A stretch of DNA of 33,551 nt. Origin: Limnoglobus sp. GTDB taxonomy: Bacteria; Planctomycetota; Planctomycetia; Gemmatales; Gemmataceae. Under the pieces are notes generated by a model. The model saw nothing but the letters and a program-made list of their open reading frames with translations, was not told the origin of the DNA and did not search any database. A program made the translations under genes and the position numbers. This document shows positions 8,999-17,822 of this stretch, piece after piece (position 1 is the first letter of the stretch; every line of letters begins with the position of its first letter). The DNA is taken from NCBI GenBank assembly GCA_043726085.1, contig JAYSKW010000419.1:1-33551 (forward strand). The letters run 5' to 3'.

Positions 8999-9724
8999 AT
9001 GAGCCTGCTCAGTATACCGGCATTGGCGCGTTTCCGTGGCCTTTTTGCAAAAGCCGGGCGCAAATCCATCGACGCAGATTCGGCATTGCCACCCGACATC
9101 GACTACGTGAAGGAATACGCAACGGCCGACATGACTCGCGATTACTGGACCGTAACCGGGCCGGGCACGCGCGAAGCGTACGACAAGTTGGCGGACGAGA
9201 AACTTCAACTTTTGATCGATGTCGGACTGCAACCGCACCACAAATTACTCGATGTTGGCTGCGGTACGGGGCAACTCGCGCAAGCCTGCGAACACTTTCT
9301 TTCGGACGACGGTCTGTTCGTCGGCACGGATGTCGGCGAATCGGGAATCGCCTTCTGCAAAGCGCGATTTCTACGCAAGAACTTTCAGTTTCTGGTGAAC
9401 GAACCGACGACGTTACCGATACGCGATCTCCGGTTCGATGGGGTTTGTTTCTTCAGCGTGTTCACGCACACCTACCCCGACGAGACGGTGCTGTTGATGG
9501 CCGAAGCCGCACGGTTGCTGGCACCGAACGGCTGGCTGTACGCCGACGCATTCACATCGAACGAACCCGAGCGCTACTAGGGAAATCGCGGAGCGATCGT
9601 CCTGAATCGCGCGCATTTCCTGCGGCTGGCCGCCGTCGCCGGCTTCCGAAACATCGACGCCGTCATGAGCCTCGACTGGCAAGCCGGAATGCGCCGCGAG
9701 TTCTTCCGGATGAAAGTAAACTGA
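8999..9724 (+). pseudogene. Class I SAM-dependent methyltransferase interrupted by in-frame TAG at 9578-9580
   Basis: LLDVGCGTG motif I, SVFTH, RLLAPNG; frame stays open 47 codons after the TAG (GNRGAIVLNRAHFLRLAAVAGF...) to TGA 9722-9724. Confidence 0.75.
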
Positions 9725-9840
9725 CGCGATTTCCGTTTTCGTGCGATTTGCGAAATTCTTACTGCAAATTACAAATTGTGATTGACTGATGCAGCGAGTG
9801 CGTCGATACTCTCTTTTGCTGAACTTTCAGCAATCGATGG

Positions 9841-11007
9841 ATGTCGTCTTGCAGGTGTTTTAAGGAACATGTTGAGTATGTTCCAAACCCCAGACGAAGA
9901 CTAAAAGGCCCCGTTGTGGAACCACTAAAACCTTGCCTCGAACTCTGGGCCAAAGTTCGTTCAGCGGTCGAATACGAAAACAACCTCGTCAATGACCGCA
10001 TTACGTGGTTATTGACATTGCAAGGTCTTCTGTTTGCCGCAGCGGGGTTGTTCGCGAGTGGAGCATTAAAATGGGATGTGACTCGGGAACCGAGCTTCAA
10101 GAGTACGACGACTCTGTCGAGTGCTGAGTCACAACCTACAACGGTTGAAACCACTCGCACGATAAAAAAACGAAGTCCAGACGGCAAAGAAATCATCGAA
10201 ACAGTGATCGAACGTACGACGACGACACCATCTCTGCATCCCACAAGCGACACGAAGGAAGTCACGAGAGGCGATGCGAAGACTGTCGATGTCAATCGCG
10301 TTTCGGATGGGGATCCACCGAAGCAGATGAGCGTCCCGCCACAAGGGAAAAGCTGGTCTACAACCTCAACGACCTTTTCCGAAATCCGGTGGCTCGCACC
10401 TTATTTTATCGGTTTTCTCGGTTTCGTGGGTGTCTCGGTCGCACTTATCGTTTATCGCTCACTCTGGGGTGCCGATTACCAACTCGCCCGACTGGATTGG
10501 TGGTGGCGAAAGAAGGTCGGGCATGTAGAAACCGCCACTTTTGACCCTGAGGAAGATCGCTATTCGTGGTACGACACTCAGTTCCCGCCACTCCAATTAT
10601 GGAACACGAAGAAAGATAATTTGTGGAAACCTTGGCACTTCTGTCGATTCCTTCTCGCTCAATCGATCGGGTTGCCATTGACGTTCGTGTTTGTCTGGTG
10701 CTTGCTCGTGATCTTGTGTTGCTATCACTCGGAAGAGCAGGTTTGGGGAGAATGGTACCGCAACTGTTTGGCGGGTGGATTTGCAACAGTTCTTATGGGA
10801 TTTTTGATCCATCTTATCGACCGATACTGTGTCGAATCGCATAAGGGTACGGTAACGACAAATTTAGGTGATTCGCCAACTGATAACAGCTCTGACACAG
10901 TTGCTGCGAATCCTCACAACTCCACTTCCGATAAAGTTAACGCGACGAGTAATCTTACGCCGAGTCCGAAGCCACCGCGTCACCACAAGAAAAAACATAA
11001 AAAGTAA
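9841..11007 (+). CDS. Hypothetical multi-pass membrane protein (RipA-family-like N-terminal motif)
   Basis: 388-aa ORF with ~4 hydrophobic helices; EYENNLVNDRITWLLTLQGLLFAA motif; Thr/Ser-rich loop; start uncertain. Confidence 0.6.
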   Translation: MSSCRCFKEHVEYVPNPRRRLKGPVVEPLKPCLELWAKVRSAVEYENNLVNDRITWLLTLQGLLFAAAGLFASGALKWDVTREPSFKSTTTLSSAESQPTTVETTRTIKKRSPDGKEIIETVIERTTTTPSLHPTSDTKEVTRGDAKTVDVNRVSDGDPPKQMSVPPQGKSWSTTSTTFSEIRWLAPYFIGFLGFVGVSVALIVYRSLWGADYQLARLDWWWRKKVGHVETATFDPEEDRYSWYDTQFPPLQLWNTKKDNLWKPWHFCRFLLAQSIGLPLTFVFVWCLLVILCCYHSEEQVWGEWYRNCLAGGFATVLMGFLIHLIDRYCVESHKGTVTTNLGDSPTDNSSDTVAANPHNSTSDKVNATSNLTPSPKPPRHHKKKHKK

Positions 11008-11061
11008 TCGTGTGTGTTCGTCACGCATGACTCGATTTTACCCATTCCCCCGGTGAACGCG

Positions 11062-11967
11062 ATGCAACTCGGTTTCGTCAGTGCCATTCTCGGCGACTTG
11101 AGTTTGGAAGACGTCTTCGCCTTCGCGGCGGCGGAAAAGTTCGGCTGCGTCGAGGTGATGTGCTGGCCGCCGGGCAAGGCCGAGCGACGCTATGCGGGCG
11201 TGTCGCACCTCGATGTCACCACCTTCGGCCCCGAACAAGTCGCTCGCGTGAAAGCGTTAATCGCACGCACCGGCGTGAATATCTCGGGACTCGGCTACTA
11301 CCCGAACCCGCTCGACCCTGACCCAGCACACCGCGAGATGGTGGCCGCACATCTGAAGTGCGTCATCCGTGCGGCGGCGCTGTTAGGCGTGAATGTCGTC
11401 AACACGTTCATCGGCCGCGACAGCAAGAAAACGATTGCCGAGAACATGGAAAGCGTCGAGGTCGTGTGGCCGCCGATCGTGCGCGAAGCCGAGGAGTACG
11501 GCGTGCGGATCGGCATCGAACATTGCCCGATGCTGTTCTCCGACGACGAATGGCCCGGCGGCAAAAACCTCGCGATCAACCCCGCCACGTGGCGACAACT
11601 CTTCGCGCGGTTCCCAAATACGCTGGGCCTAAACTTCGACCCATCGCACCTCGTTTGGCAGTTCATCGACTGCGCGAAGTGCCTGCGCGAGTTCAAAAAC
11701 CAGCTCGTTCACGTACATGCAAAAGACGAACGCATCGACCGCGACCGCCTGCACGACGTCGGCATCATGGGCCTCGGCTGGCACGAGCCGAAGCTGCCCG
11801 GCCTCGGCGACGTCAATTGGGGCGAGTTCTTCGCCGCACTCACCGACACCGGCTACAACGGCCCCGTGTGCATTGAAGTCGAAGATCGCGCCTACGAGCG
11901 TTCCCTCGACGACCGCAAACGCGCCCTGCGTCAAAGCAAGCGATTCCTGGAACAGTACGTGAGTTGA
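11062..11967 (+). CDS. Sugar phosphate isomerase/epimerase (xylose-isomerase-like TIM barrel)
   Basis: [35 protein letters not shown] metal-binding motifs. Confidence 0.93.
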   Translation: MQLGFVSAILGDLSLEDVFAFAAAEKFGCVEVMCWPPGKAERRYAGVSHLDVTTFGPEQVARVKALIARTGVNISGLGYYPNPLDPDPAHREMVAAHLKCVIRAAALLGVNVVNTFIGRDSKKTIAENMESVEVVWPPIVREAEEYGVRIGIEHCPMLFSDDEWPGGKNLAINPATWRQLFARFPNTLGLNFDPSHLVWQFIDCAKCLREFKNQLVHVHAKDERIDRDRLHDVGIMGLGWHEPKLPGLGDVNWGEFFAALTDTGYNGPVCIEVEDRAYERSLDDRKRALRQSKRFLEQYVS

Positions 11968-12038
11968 GCGGAGTCGCAGACCTCGCCGAGTGCGGTTGAC
12001 GCGAACCCCAGGAAACGATAGAAATGATCGAACGATAA

Positions 12039-12109
12039 GGCCCCTTAGCCAAGTGGTAAGGCAACGGTTTGCAAAACCGTCACCCCCGGTTCGAATCCGG
12101 GAGGGGCCT
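12039..12109 (+). tRNA. tRNA-Cys (GCA)
   Basis: Acceptor GGCCCCT/AGGGGCC, anticodon arm ACGGT-TTGCAAA-ACCGT, T-arm GGTTCGAATCC; CCA not encoded. Confidence 0.97.
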
Positions 12110-12288
12110 CTCTCAGACGGAATTCCTCGATACGCTGCGAAACGGCATTTTCGCAGCGTCTTTTCGTCGATTGACTCACTCTGCCAAATCGTCGCCAGTC
12201 CTGCATATCGCATCTTCGGCCCAAAGTTGGTCCCAACGCGACTGCTCCGTACAAACACCCTCAAGTCTTTATTCTCTGGCAACCGACA

Positions 12289-12316
12289 TTGACAGGTGGG
12301 AGCTTGCAAGTATTAT
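12289..12316 (+). promoter_or_regulatory. Sigma70-type promoter for the hypothetical-dcd operon
   Basis: TTGACA-N16-TATTAT about 30 bp upstream of ATG 12347; AGGA RBS. Confidence 0.65.
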
Positions 12317-12346
12317 GCAGATAAGATAACTATACAGGAATTCACT

Positions 12347-12625
12347 ATGTCACTCGTTGCATGCAACAACACGTCGGCCGGCCTCCGCGGCTCCGAAGTC
12401 CTCGTCACGGTTCACGACATCAACGACCGCCGGCACGCCATCCGCGTCGAACGCGATTTTCTGACGAGTATCAACGGCAAAGATTACCTCCCCATTGGCG
12501 TCGTCCATTTCGATTCCAAAACTAAGAATGCGCTCATCGAGTTCTCCCACGAACCGGAGACCGGCGTGAACCGCATCTGGGTCGCCGAGACCCAACTCGA
12601 TGAACCCGTCGAGGCTTACGCATGA
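12347..12625 (+). CDS. Small beta-rich hypothetical protein coupled to dCTP deaminase
   Basis: 92 aa, promoter and RBS present, ATGA overlap with dcd. Confidence 0.8.
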   Translation: MSLVACNNTSAGLRGSEVLVTVHDINDRRHAIRVERDFLTSINGKDYLPIGVVHFDSKTKNALIEFSHEPETGVNRIWVAETQLDEPVEAYA

Positions 12626-13212
12626 TTCTCTCCGACCGCGAAATTCGCGCTGCACTCGCTCGCCGCAGCATCGGGATCACACCGATCCCGGCCGACACTT
12701 CGTGGTCTTCCACGGCGCTCGATCTGCGCCTCGCGGCCGAACTCACGACTTGGAAAAAGCCCAACGTCGGCGGCGTGGCCGTGCCCGTCACACCGTTCGA
12801 TCCCAACTATAACTTCGCCCAGCTCCATGCCGATTTCAGCACCCCGGAAAGCTGCGCCGAAGGTTTCGTCCTCAAGTCTGGTCAGTTCGCCCTCGGCTGG
12901 ACGGTCGAGAAAGTTTGCCTCCCTCACCAGTCCCGCCTCGCCGCCCGCGTCGAGGGGAAGAGCAGCCTGGCCCGGTTGGGCATCGGCGTCCACGTCACCG
13001 CACCGACGATCCACGCCGGCTTCGGCTTCAAGCCCGGCGACGAGAACTACCCCGGCAACCCGATCCAACTCGAAATCTGGAACGCCGGCCCGCTCGACAT
13101 CCGGCTCGACGTCAACATGCCCGTCTGCCAGCTCATCTTCGAGTGGGTCGATGGTACGCCGGAGAAGGGGTACACCGGACGCTTCGCCATGCAGGGTCCG
13201 AAGCCCGTCTGA
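12622..13212 (+). CDS. dcd: dCTP deaminase (trimeric dUTPase fold)
   Basis: MILSDREI, ALDLRL, ARVEGKSSLARLG, TAPTIHAGF, QLEIWN, VCQLIFE. Confidence 0.92.
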   Translation: MILSDREIRAALARRSIGITPIPADTSWSSTALDLRLAAELTTWKKPNVGGVAVPVTPFDPNYNFAQLHADFSTPESCAEGFVLKSGQFALGWTVEKVCLPHQSRLAARVEGKSSLARLGIGVHVTAPTIHAGFGFKPGDENYPGNPIQLEIWNAGPLDIRLDVNMPVCQLIFEWVDGTPEKGYTGRFAMQGPKPV

Positions 13213-16179
13213 CTACTCCTGCAATTTGAGTCGCTTCAGAAACGCGCTCGCGTGCAACTTCAAGTATGGTGTTCCCGATTCGGATTTCTCCACTCGCTCC
13301 CAATATTGTTTTGCACGCTCGCTATCTTTTCGGTTCCATAGTAACCAACCGAGGAAGAACTCGGCGTCGGGCTGATACTCTTCCGGTAGTGCGAGAAGGT
13401 CGCGCTTCCAAGTGAGTTCATCGGGTAGTTTTTTCAACGACATGATATTATTCACGAACTGTACGACGCCTTTGCTTTTCGATCTATTCCACCCGACGGT
13501 GACCTTCCCGATGATCGCATCGCGTTCGTTGATTTCACCCATATTATCGTGTGAGAGTGCGGCAAACAGGCTGTGATAATCTGCGAATGCGTTCTCTTTG
13601 GCGATGTCGAACATCCGTGTTGCTTTCGCCATGTCGCCTTTCATTAAATAATATCTGCCTACCATAAACGCCGTTTCCGGCGATGGGGACTCATCGAGCA
13701 TTCCGATGTATTCGCGTACCGATTTCTCGGCTGCTGCCCCGTTCAGTTTACCCGTGCTTTGGCTGAAGAAATACCACTCGAATCGACCCGATTCGTATCG
13801 TGCCGCCATGTCGCGAAAGATCGCTTCCGCTTCGTCGTTTTTACCCAAACCCAACTTGCATTCGGCAGCACAAGACATCGCCCATCCTGCGCCCGACTCG
13901 GCTGCGGCATCGGCGTACGGTTCTGCTCGGGGAAACTCTTTCGCCCGCATGAACAGTCTTGCAATCTTCACGCGCGTCCGCGCATGATCGAGACCTGCAT
14001 CCTCGGCTTCTAACGATTTCTTGAGCGTTTTCAGCCATAGATCCGCTTTGCCATGCTGCATATATCCGTCGGCCAACTGCTGGTACGTGTCGCCATCGGG
14101 CGATAGCTCCAACGATCGTTCCCAACATTTGAAGGCATCCGCGACCCGTTTATTCTTGAAGTAGTATTCTGCTAACGACCTCTGTACGACTGCATGACGA
14201 AGATACGTTTTCTCGTACGTTGCCACTTTCGCTTCGACTTCCGGTTTGCCGCGTGCAATCAGTAGCTCGATCGTCAGCGGCGCGAGACGGCTTTCCGATT
14301 CGAGATTCAATGCCCAGCGTTTGCGATCGTCGTGCTCGCTATATTGCATGTTTATCGCTTGCGACTCGTAGCAATCCATCATACTGCGAAGCCTTACAGT
14401 ATTGAATTCATCTGCAAGTTTGCCATCGACCATTTCTAATCGCCACTCGTACGCCTGCGAGCGCATGCCCAGCGTGTGAATGGGAACCGACGTGAGTTTC
14501 TTCCGCACTTCGTCTGGCTGTCGATTCGGATCGAACGCAAAACTTTCGATCAGCGGTAGAAAATAATGTCCATCGAGTCGTTCGATCTCGGACTTGACTT
14601 CGTTCGGTGCGTCGACACGCAACGCCCGAGAGAGAAAATCGAGCCGATGCCACGCCTGCGCGTATTGCACATCTTGGAGCATATTCCCCAGCACCGCCCA
14701 CGACGGTTCGCCGCGATCCTGCATCGGCGTTCCCGCTTTGCGCAACGCCGAAAACACCTTTGCAGAAGCGACTTCCGGGTCTTCTAGAACGGCACGGCAA
14801 TCGTCCGGCAGCCCCGGTTGTTCCTCGACGCGATCGCGAAAATTCTCTTCAAATACTTTCGCGCCCGACACCGTTGCCGAGTGCAAATTGGACACCCCAC
14901 CGAGCCGACAAACCGAATCGTGTACGCGATAGCATTCGGGATCGGTCTTGAGATACGCATTCGCAGCTCGAACAGTCCCCACTCGCGATTCGGGGCAATA
15001 GATTGCCAGATATTGGAGTAATCGCACGTACGGAGTATCGGTTTCACGTCGAATCGCATCGAAGCGGTCGAGGTCGAAATGCACGTAAGCGTCGATCATT
15101 TTCACCCATGCTGGTGACGTCGAATCGCTTTCCCCTTTTGATAGTTTGGTTGCCGTTTCGAGATCTTCCAGTGCGACATTATGTTGCCCCGCGAGCGCCG
15201 CCGCATACGCGCGAACCCAGTAGGCGCGTGCGGACTTCGGGTTCAACTTGATGAGCCGCTGCGCGTAGAGCAGACCGCGTGCCTTATATGCGCACGGCGA
15301 CGTTCCCCAGTGAAAATCTGTGAGTAAACCGAGGTTGGCGTAACCGCGAGAAAGCGCCTCGATTAAAGCGGGTGACTGACCCTTTCTGCGAACCTCATCG
15401 TGTAGTAACCGCACCGCAGAAAACGCATCCGATTCGCGAATACTATTGAGCCGCTTCGCGATCGCTTCGGGTACCGGCGCATCGGAAGTTTGTATCGGCT
15501 TCGGCTGAAATCCCGCCGCAACCAAGCACTTTTTGAACGTAACTTCCCCTTCGGCGGCTTCCGCCACACCGTTTCGCTTACCCGCAACAATACTATAATG
15601 ATCGTATAGTGTGGTCCCTTTCCAACGTGTATGTTCGCTCGTTTTCGGTCCTTGGGTGATCGTCCAACCGAATATTTGACCGACGCGTAGCAGACCGCGA
15701 ATTCGGAACTGTCGATCCTTCGGAAAACGATCTGGCGGAAACTCTGCGAGTATCTCATCGCTGACTCGCAAGCCGAATTCGTCGCGCGCGGTCATCCATA
15801 ATGTTTGTCGCAACAGTTCGTCGGGCATCCCTCCCGTCGAACGCGAACCGTTTTCGTGTACGACGTCGTTTGTCAGCAGCCAAATTCGATCCGCAAATGC
15901 AGCGATCGTCGCCTCCAACGGCTTCGAGTTTGCTGTCGGTTCGGGATTGACCGGCTCGGTCGAGTCGTCGATTTGTGGAGCCGCAAACGCGTTCGCGATA
16001 TTTGCATCCGCCGATTGGCCCGAGTCATCGTCTTTCGCAGAGATCTTCTGCGAAATCTTATACGAACCGAATATACAGACTCCAGTGAAAATCAGTACGC
16101 CAACAATCGTCGCAATCCGCTTCCATTTCGTTGTTCGTTTCGAGGATTGGCTATCGTTTCCATTCGTTTCATCGGACAT
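13213..16179 (-). CDS. Large membrane-anchored tetratricopeptide-repeat protein
   Basis: N-terminal TM helix (IATIVGVLIFTGVCIF), multiple TPR-like helices (AFKCWERSLELSP, AEFFLGWLLW); GAGGGAG RBS before ATG 16179. Confidence 0.8.
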   Translation of the reverse strand: MSDETNGNDSQSSKRTTKWKRIATIVGVLIFTGVCIFGSYKISQKISAKDDDSGQSADANIANAFAAPQIDDSTEPVNPEPTANSKPLEATIAAFADRIWLLTNDVVHENGSRSTGGMPDELLRQTLWMTARDEFGLRVSDEILAEFPPDRFPKDRQFRIRGLLRVGQIFGWTITQGPKTSEHTRWKGTTLYDHYSIVAGKRNGVAEAAEGEVTFKKCLVAAGFQPKPIQTSDAPVPEAIAKRLNSIRESDAFSAVRLLHDEVRRKGQSPALIEALSRGYANLGLLTDFHWGTSPCAYKARGLLYAQRLIKLNPKSARAYWVRAYAAALAGQHNVALEDLETATKLSKGESDSTSPAWVKMIDAYVHFDLDRFDAIRRETDTPYVRLLQYLAIYCPESRVGTVRAANAYLKTDPECYRVHDSVCRLGGVSNLHSATVSGAKVFEENFRDRVEEQPGLPDDCRAVLEDPEVASAKVFSALRKAGTPMQDRGEPSWAVLGNMLQDVQYAQAWHRLDFLSRALRVDAPNEVKSEIERLDGHYFLPLIESFAFDPNRQPDEVRKKLTSVPIHTLGMRSQAYEWRLEMVDGKLADEFNTVRLRSMMDCYESQAINMQYSEHDDRKRWALNLESESRLAPLTIELLIARGKPEVEAKVATYEKTYLRHAVVQRSLAEYYFKNKRVADAFKCWERSLELSPDGDTYQQLADGYMQHGKADLWLKTLKKSLEAEDAGLDHARTRVKIARLFMRAKEFPRAEPYADAAAESGAGWAMSCAAECKLGLGKNDEAEAIFRDMAARYESGRFEWYFFSQSTGKLNGAAAEKSVREYIGMLDESPSPETAFMVGRYYLMKGDMAKATRMFDIAKENAFADYHSLFAALSHDNMGEINERDAIIGKVTVGWNRSKSKGVVQFVNNIMSLKKLPDELTWKRDLLALPEEYQPDAEFFLGWLLWNRKDSERAKQYWERVEKSESGTPYLKLHASAFLKRLKLQE

Positions 16180-16467
16180 GCCATTCACTCCCTCGAGAAA
16201 CCATTCCGGTTATCGGATAGCCATCATCGTCGATCGTCACGTGTAAGTCAAATCCATATCCGTTGAAAATATTGAAACGAAACAAGTAAGGCGTTGCAAT
16301 GAATTACCCCGCCACCTGGCACTTCGGGCAAAAGTGCGAGGATCGCCCGGCGATGCGGTTGACTTCGATCGAGTAGCGCCGCCTTCACCGTTCGTGCCGT
16401 CCCATCAAATCCGGGAGGGGCCTCTAGCAAGTTCGCGTTCTCTACTCGCCCTATCGTTCGCAAAATC

Positions 16468-16480
16468 AATTCAATAGCAA
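16468..16480 (+). promoter_or_regulatory. Putative Ada box
   Basis: AAT-TCAATA-GCAA matches the AAT-N6-GCAA Ada binding consensus, 75 bp upstream of ada. Confidence 0.45.
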
Positions 16481-16555
16481 TAACCGGAGTGCTACTCGTG
16501 ACGGTATACGCTGAAATGGAAGCGACGGCAAAACACACGACGAGCGACGCAAACC

Positions 16556-17629
16556 ATGACGGATATCAAACCAGTTTTCGATACCGATGACGCGCGCTGG
16601 CAAGCGGTGGTGCTACGCGACCGCACGGCGGACGGTTGCTTTTTCTACTCGGTGAAGTCGACGGGTGTCTTTTGCCGACCGTCGTGTATGGCGCGGCGGC
16701 CCAATCGTAAAAATGTGCGGTTTCACGCGAGTGGCCACGATGCCGAACGAGCTGGCTACCGAGCGTGCAAACGCTGTCGGCCCAATGGGGCATCGCTGGT
16801 CGAACGCTATCGCGAAGCGGTGACACGTGCTTGTCAGTCGATCGTGAGTGCGGAGGAAACTCCGACTTTGGCCGAACTCGCAATGTCGGCGAGCCTCAGC
16901 CGGTTCCACTTTCACCGCGTCTTCAAAACGATCGTCGGCGTGACGCCGAAAGCCTACGCGGTCGCGCATCGAACGGCTCGCGTTCGGCAGGAACTTGCGA
17001 AAGATGCTACAGTCACCGAAGCGATTTACGCGGCCGGATTTCAATCGAATGGACGCTTTTATGCGACTTCTACCGAACGACTCGGCATGACTCCGACCGC
17101 GTTTCGCCGGGGTGGCGATGGAACCGCGATTCGCTTTGCCGTCGGCGATTGCTCGCTCGGTTCGGTGCTGGTTGCGGCCACCGATCGGGGCATGTGCGCG
17201 ATCTTCCTCGGCGACGACCCGAATGCGCTCGCCCGTGAATTACAGGATCGCTTCCCGAAAGCCGACATCGTCGGTGGGGATGCGACGTTCGATCATTGGG
17301 TAGCCGCCGCCATCGGGTTGGTCGAACAACCGGGCGTCGATTGCCAACTGCCGCTCGATATTCGCGGCACCGCGTTCCAAATTCTCGTCTGGAACGCACT
17401 CCGGCAAATCCCGCCCGGAACGACCGCCAGCTACACCAATATTGCCATCCGGATCGGGAAGCCGAAAGCAGCACGGGCAGTGGCGGCAGCGTGTGCGGCC
17501 AACAAAATCGCGATCGTGATCCCGTGCCATCGCATCGTGCGGACCGACGAGACCTTATCGGGCTACCGATGGGGCGTCGAGCGAAAGGCGGAGTTGCTCA
17601 AACGCGAGCATGTGACGCGGTACCAATAA
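16556..17629 (+). CDS. ada: Bifunctional transcriptional activator / O6-methylguanine-DNA methyltransferase Ada
   Basis: Zn ligands FCRPSC and RACKRC, AraC-like HTH (SRFHFHRVFK), active site IPCHR, GYRWG. Confidence 0.97.
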   Translation: MTDIKPVFDTDDARWQAVVLRDRTADGCFFYSVKSTGVFCRPSCMARRPNRKNVRFHASGHDAERAGYRACKRCRPNGASLVERYREAVTRACQSIVSAEETPTLAELAMSASLSRFHFHRVFKTIVGVTPKAYAVAHRTARVRQELAKDATVTEAIYAAGFQSNGRFYATSTERLGMTPTAFRRGGDGTAIRFAVGDCSLGSVLVAATDRGMCAIFLGDDPNALARELQDRFPKADIVGGDATFDHWVAAAIGLVEQPGVDCQLPLDIRGTAFQILVWNALRQIPPGTTASYTNIAIRIGKPKAARAVAAACAANKIAIVIPCHRIVRTDETLSGYRWGVERKAELLKREHVTRYQ

Positions 17630-17633
17630 ACGA

Positions 17634-17662
17634 AAAACCCGTTGCGTACCGCAACGGGTTTT
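17634..17662. terminator. Bidirectional intrinsic terminator between ada and tRNA-Leu
   Basis: AAAACCCGTTGCG-TAC-CGCAACGGGTTTT perfect stem with A/T tails. Confidence 0.85.
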
Positions 17663-17664
17663 AG

Positions 17665-17748
17665 TGCCGGAGACAGGACTTGAACCTGCACTCTCTTGCG
17701 AGAACCAGCCCCTCAAGCTGGCGTGTCTGCCAATTTCACCACTCCGGC
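17665..17748 (-). tRNA. tRNA-Leu (GAG)
   Basis: Reverse strand GCCGGAG...CTCCGGCA, anticodon arm CCAGC-TTGAGGG-GCTGG, long variable arm, GGTTCAAGTCC. Confidence 0.97.
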
Positions 17749-17759
17749 TCGTACGCTAG

Positions 17760-17787
17760 ATTATGACGCAGATGGGGAAATTTTCAA
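17760..17787 (-). promoter_or_regulatory. Sigma70 promoter of tRNA-Leu
   Basis: TTGAAA-N16-CATAAT on minus strand, 11 nt before the tRNA 5' end. Confidence 0.6.
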
Positions 17788-17822
17788 CCCCCCGCGATGG
17801 GAATCGTGCCAGCAACGATTCC

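Larger units (their letters stand above)
12094..16425. mobile_element. tRNA-Cys-integrated island (attL 12094-12111, attR 16408-16425), no integrase
   Basis: Exact 18-bp direct repeat AATCCGGGAGGGGCCTCT of the tRNA 3' end at both ends. Confidence 0.85.

Noticed and set aside
9578-9580. Pyrrolysine or genome-wide amber recoding
   Set aside because: No pyl genes in the window, and TAG terminates other full-length genes (acylase, E1 alpha).
17665-17685. Second island at the tRNA-Leu 3' end
   Set aside because: No duplicate of this 3' end found by eye in the window.
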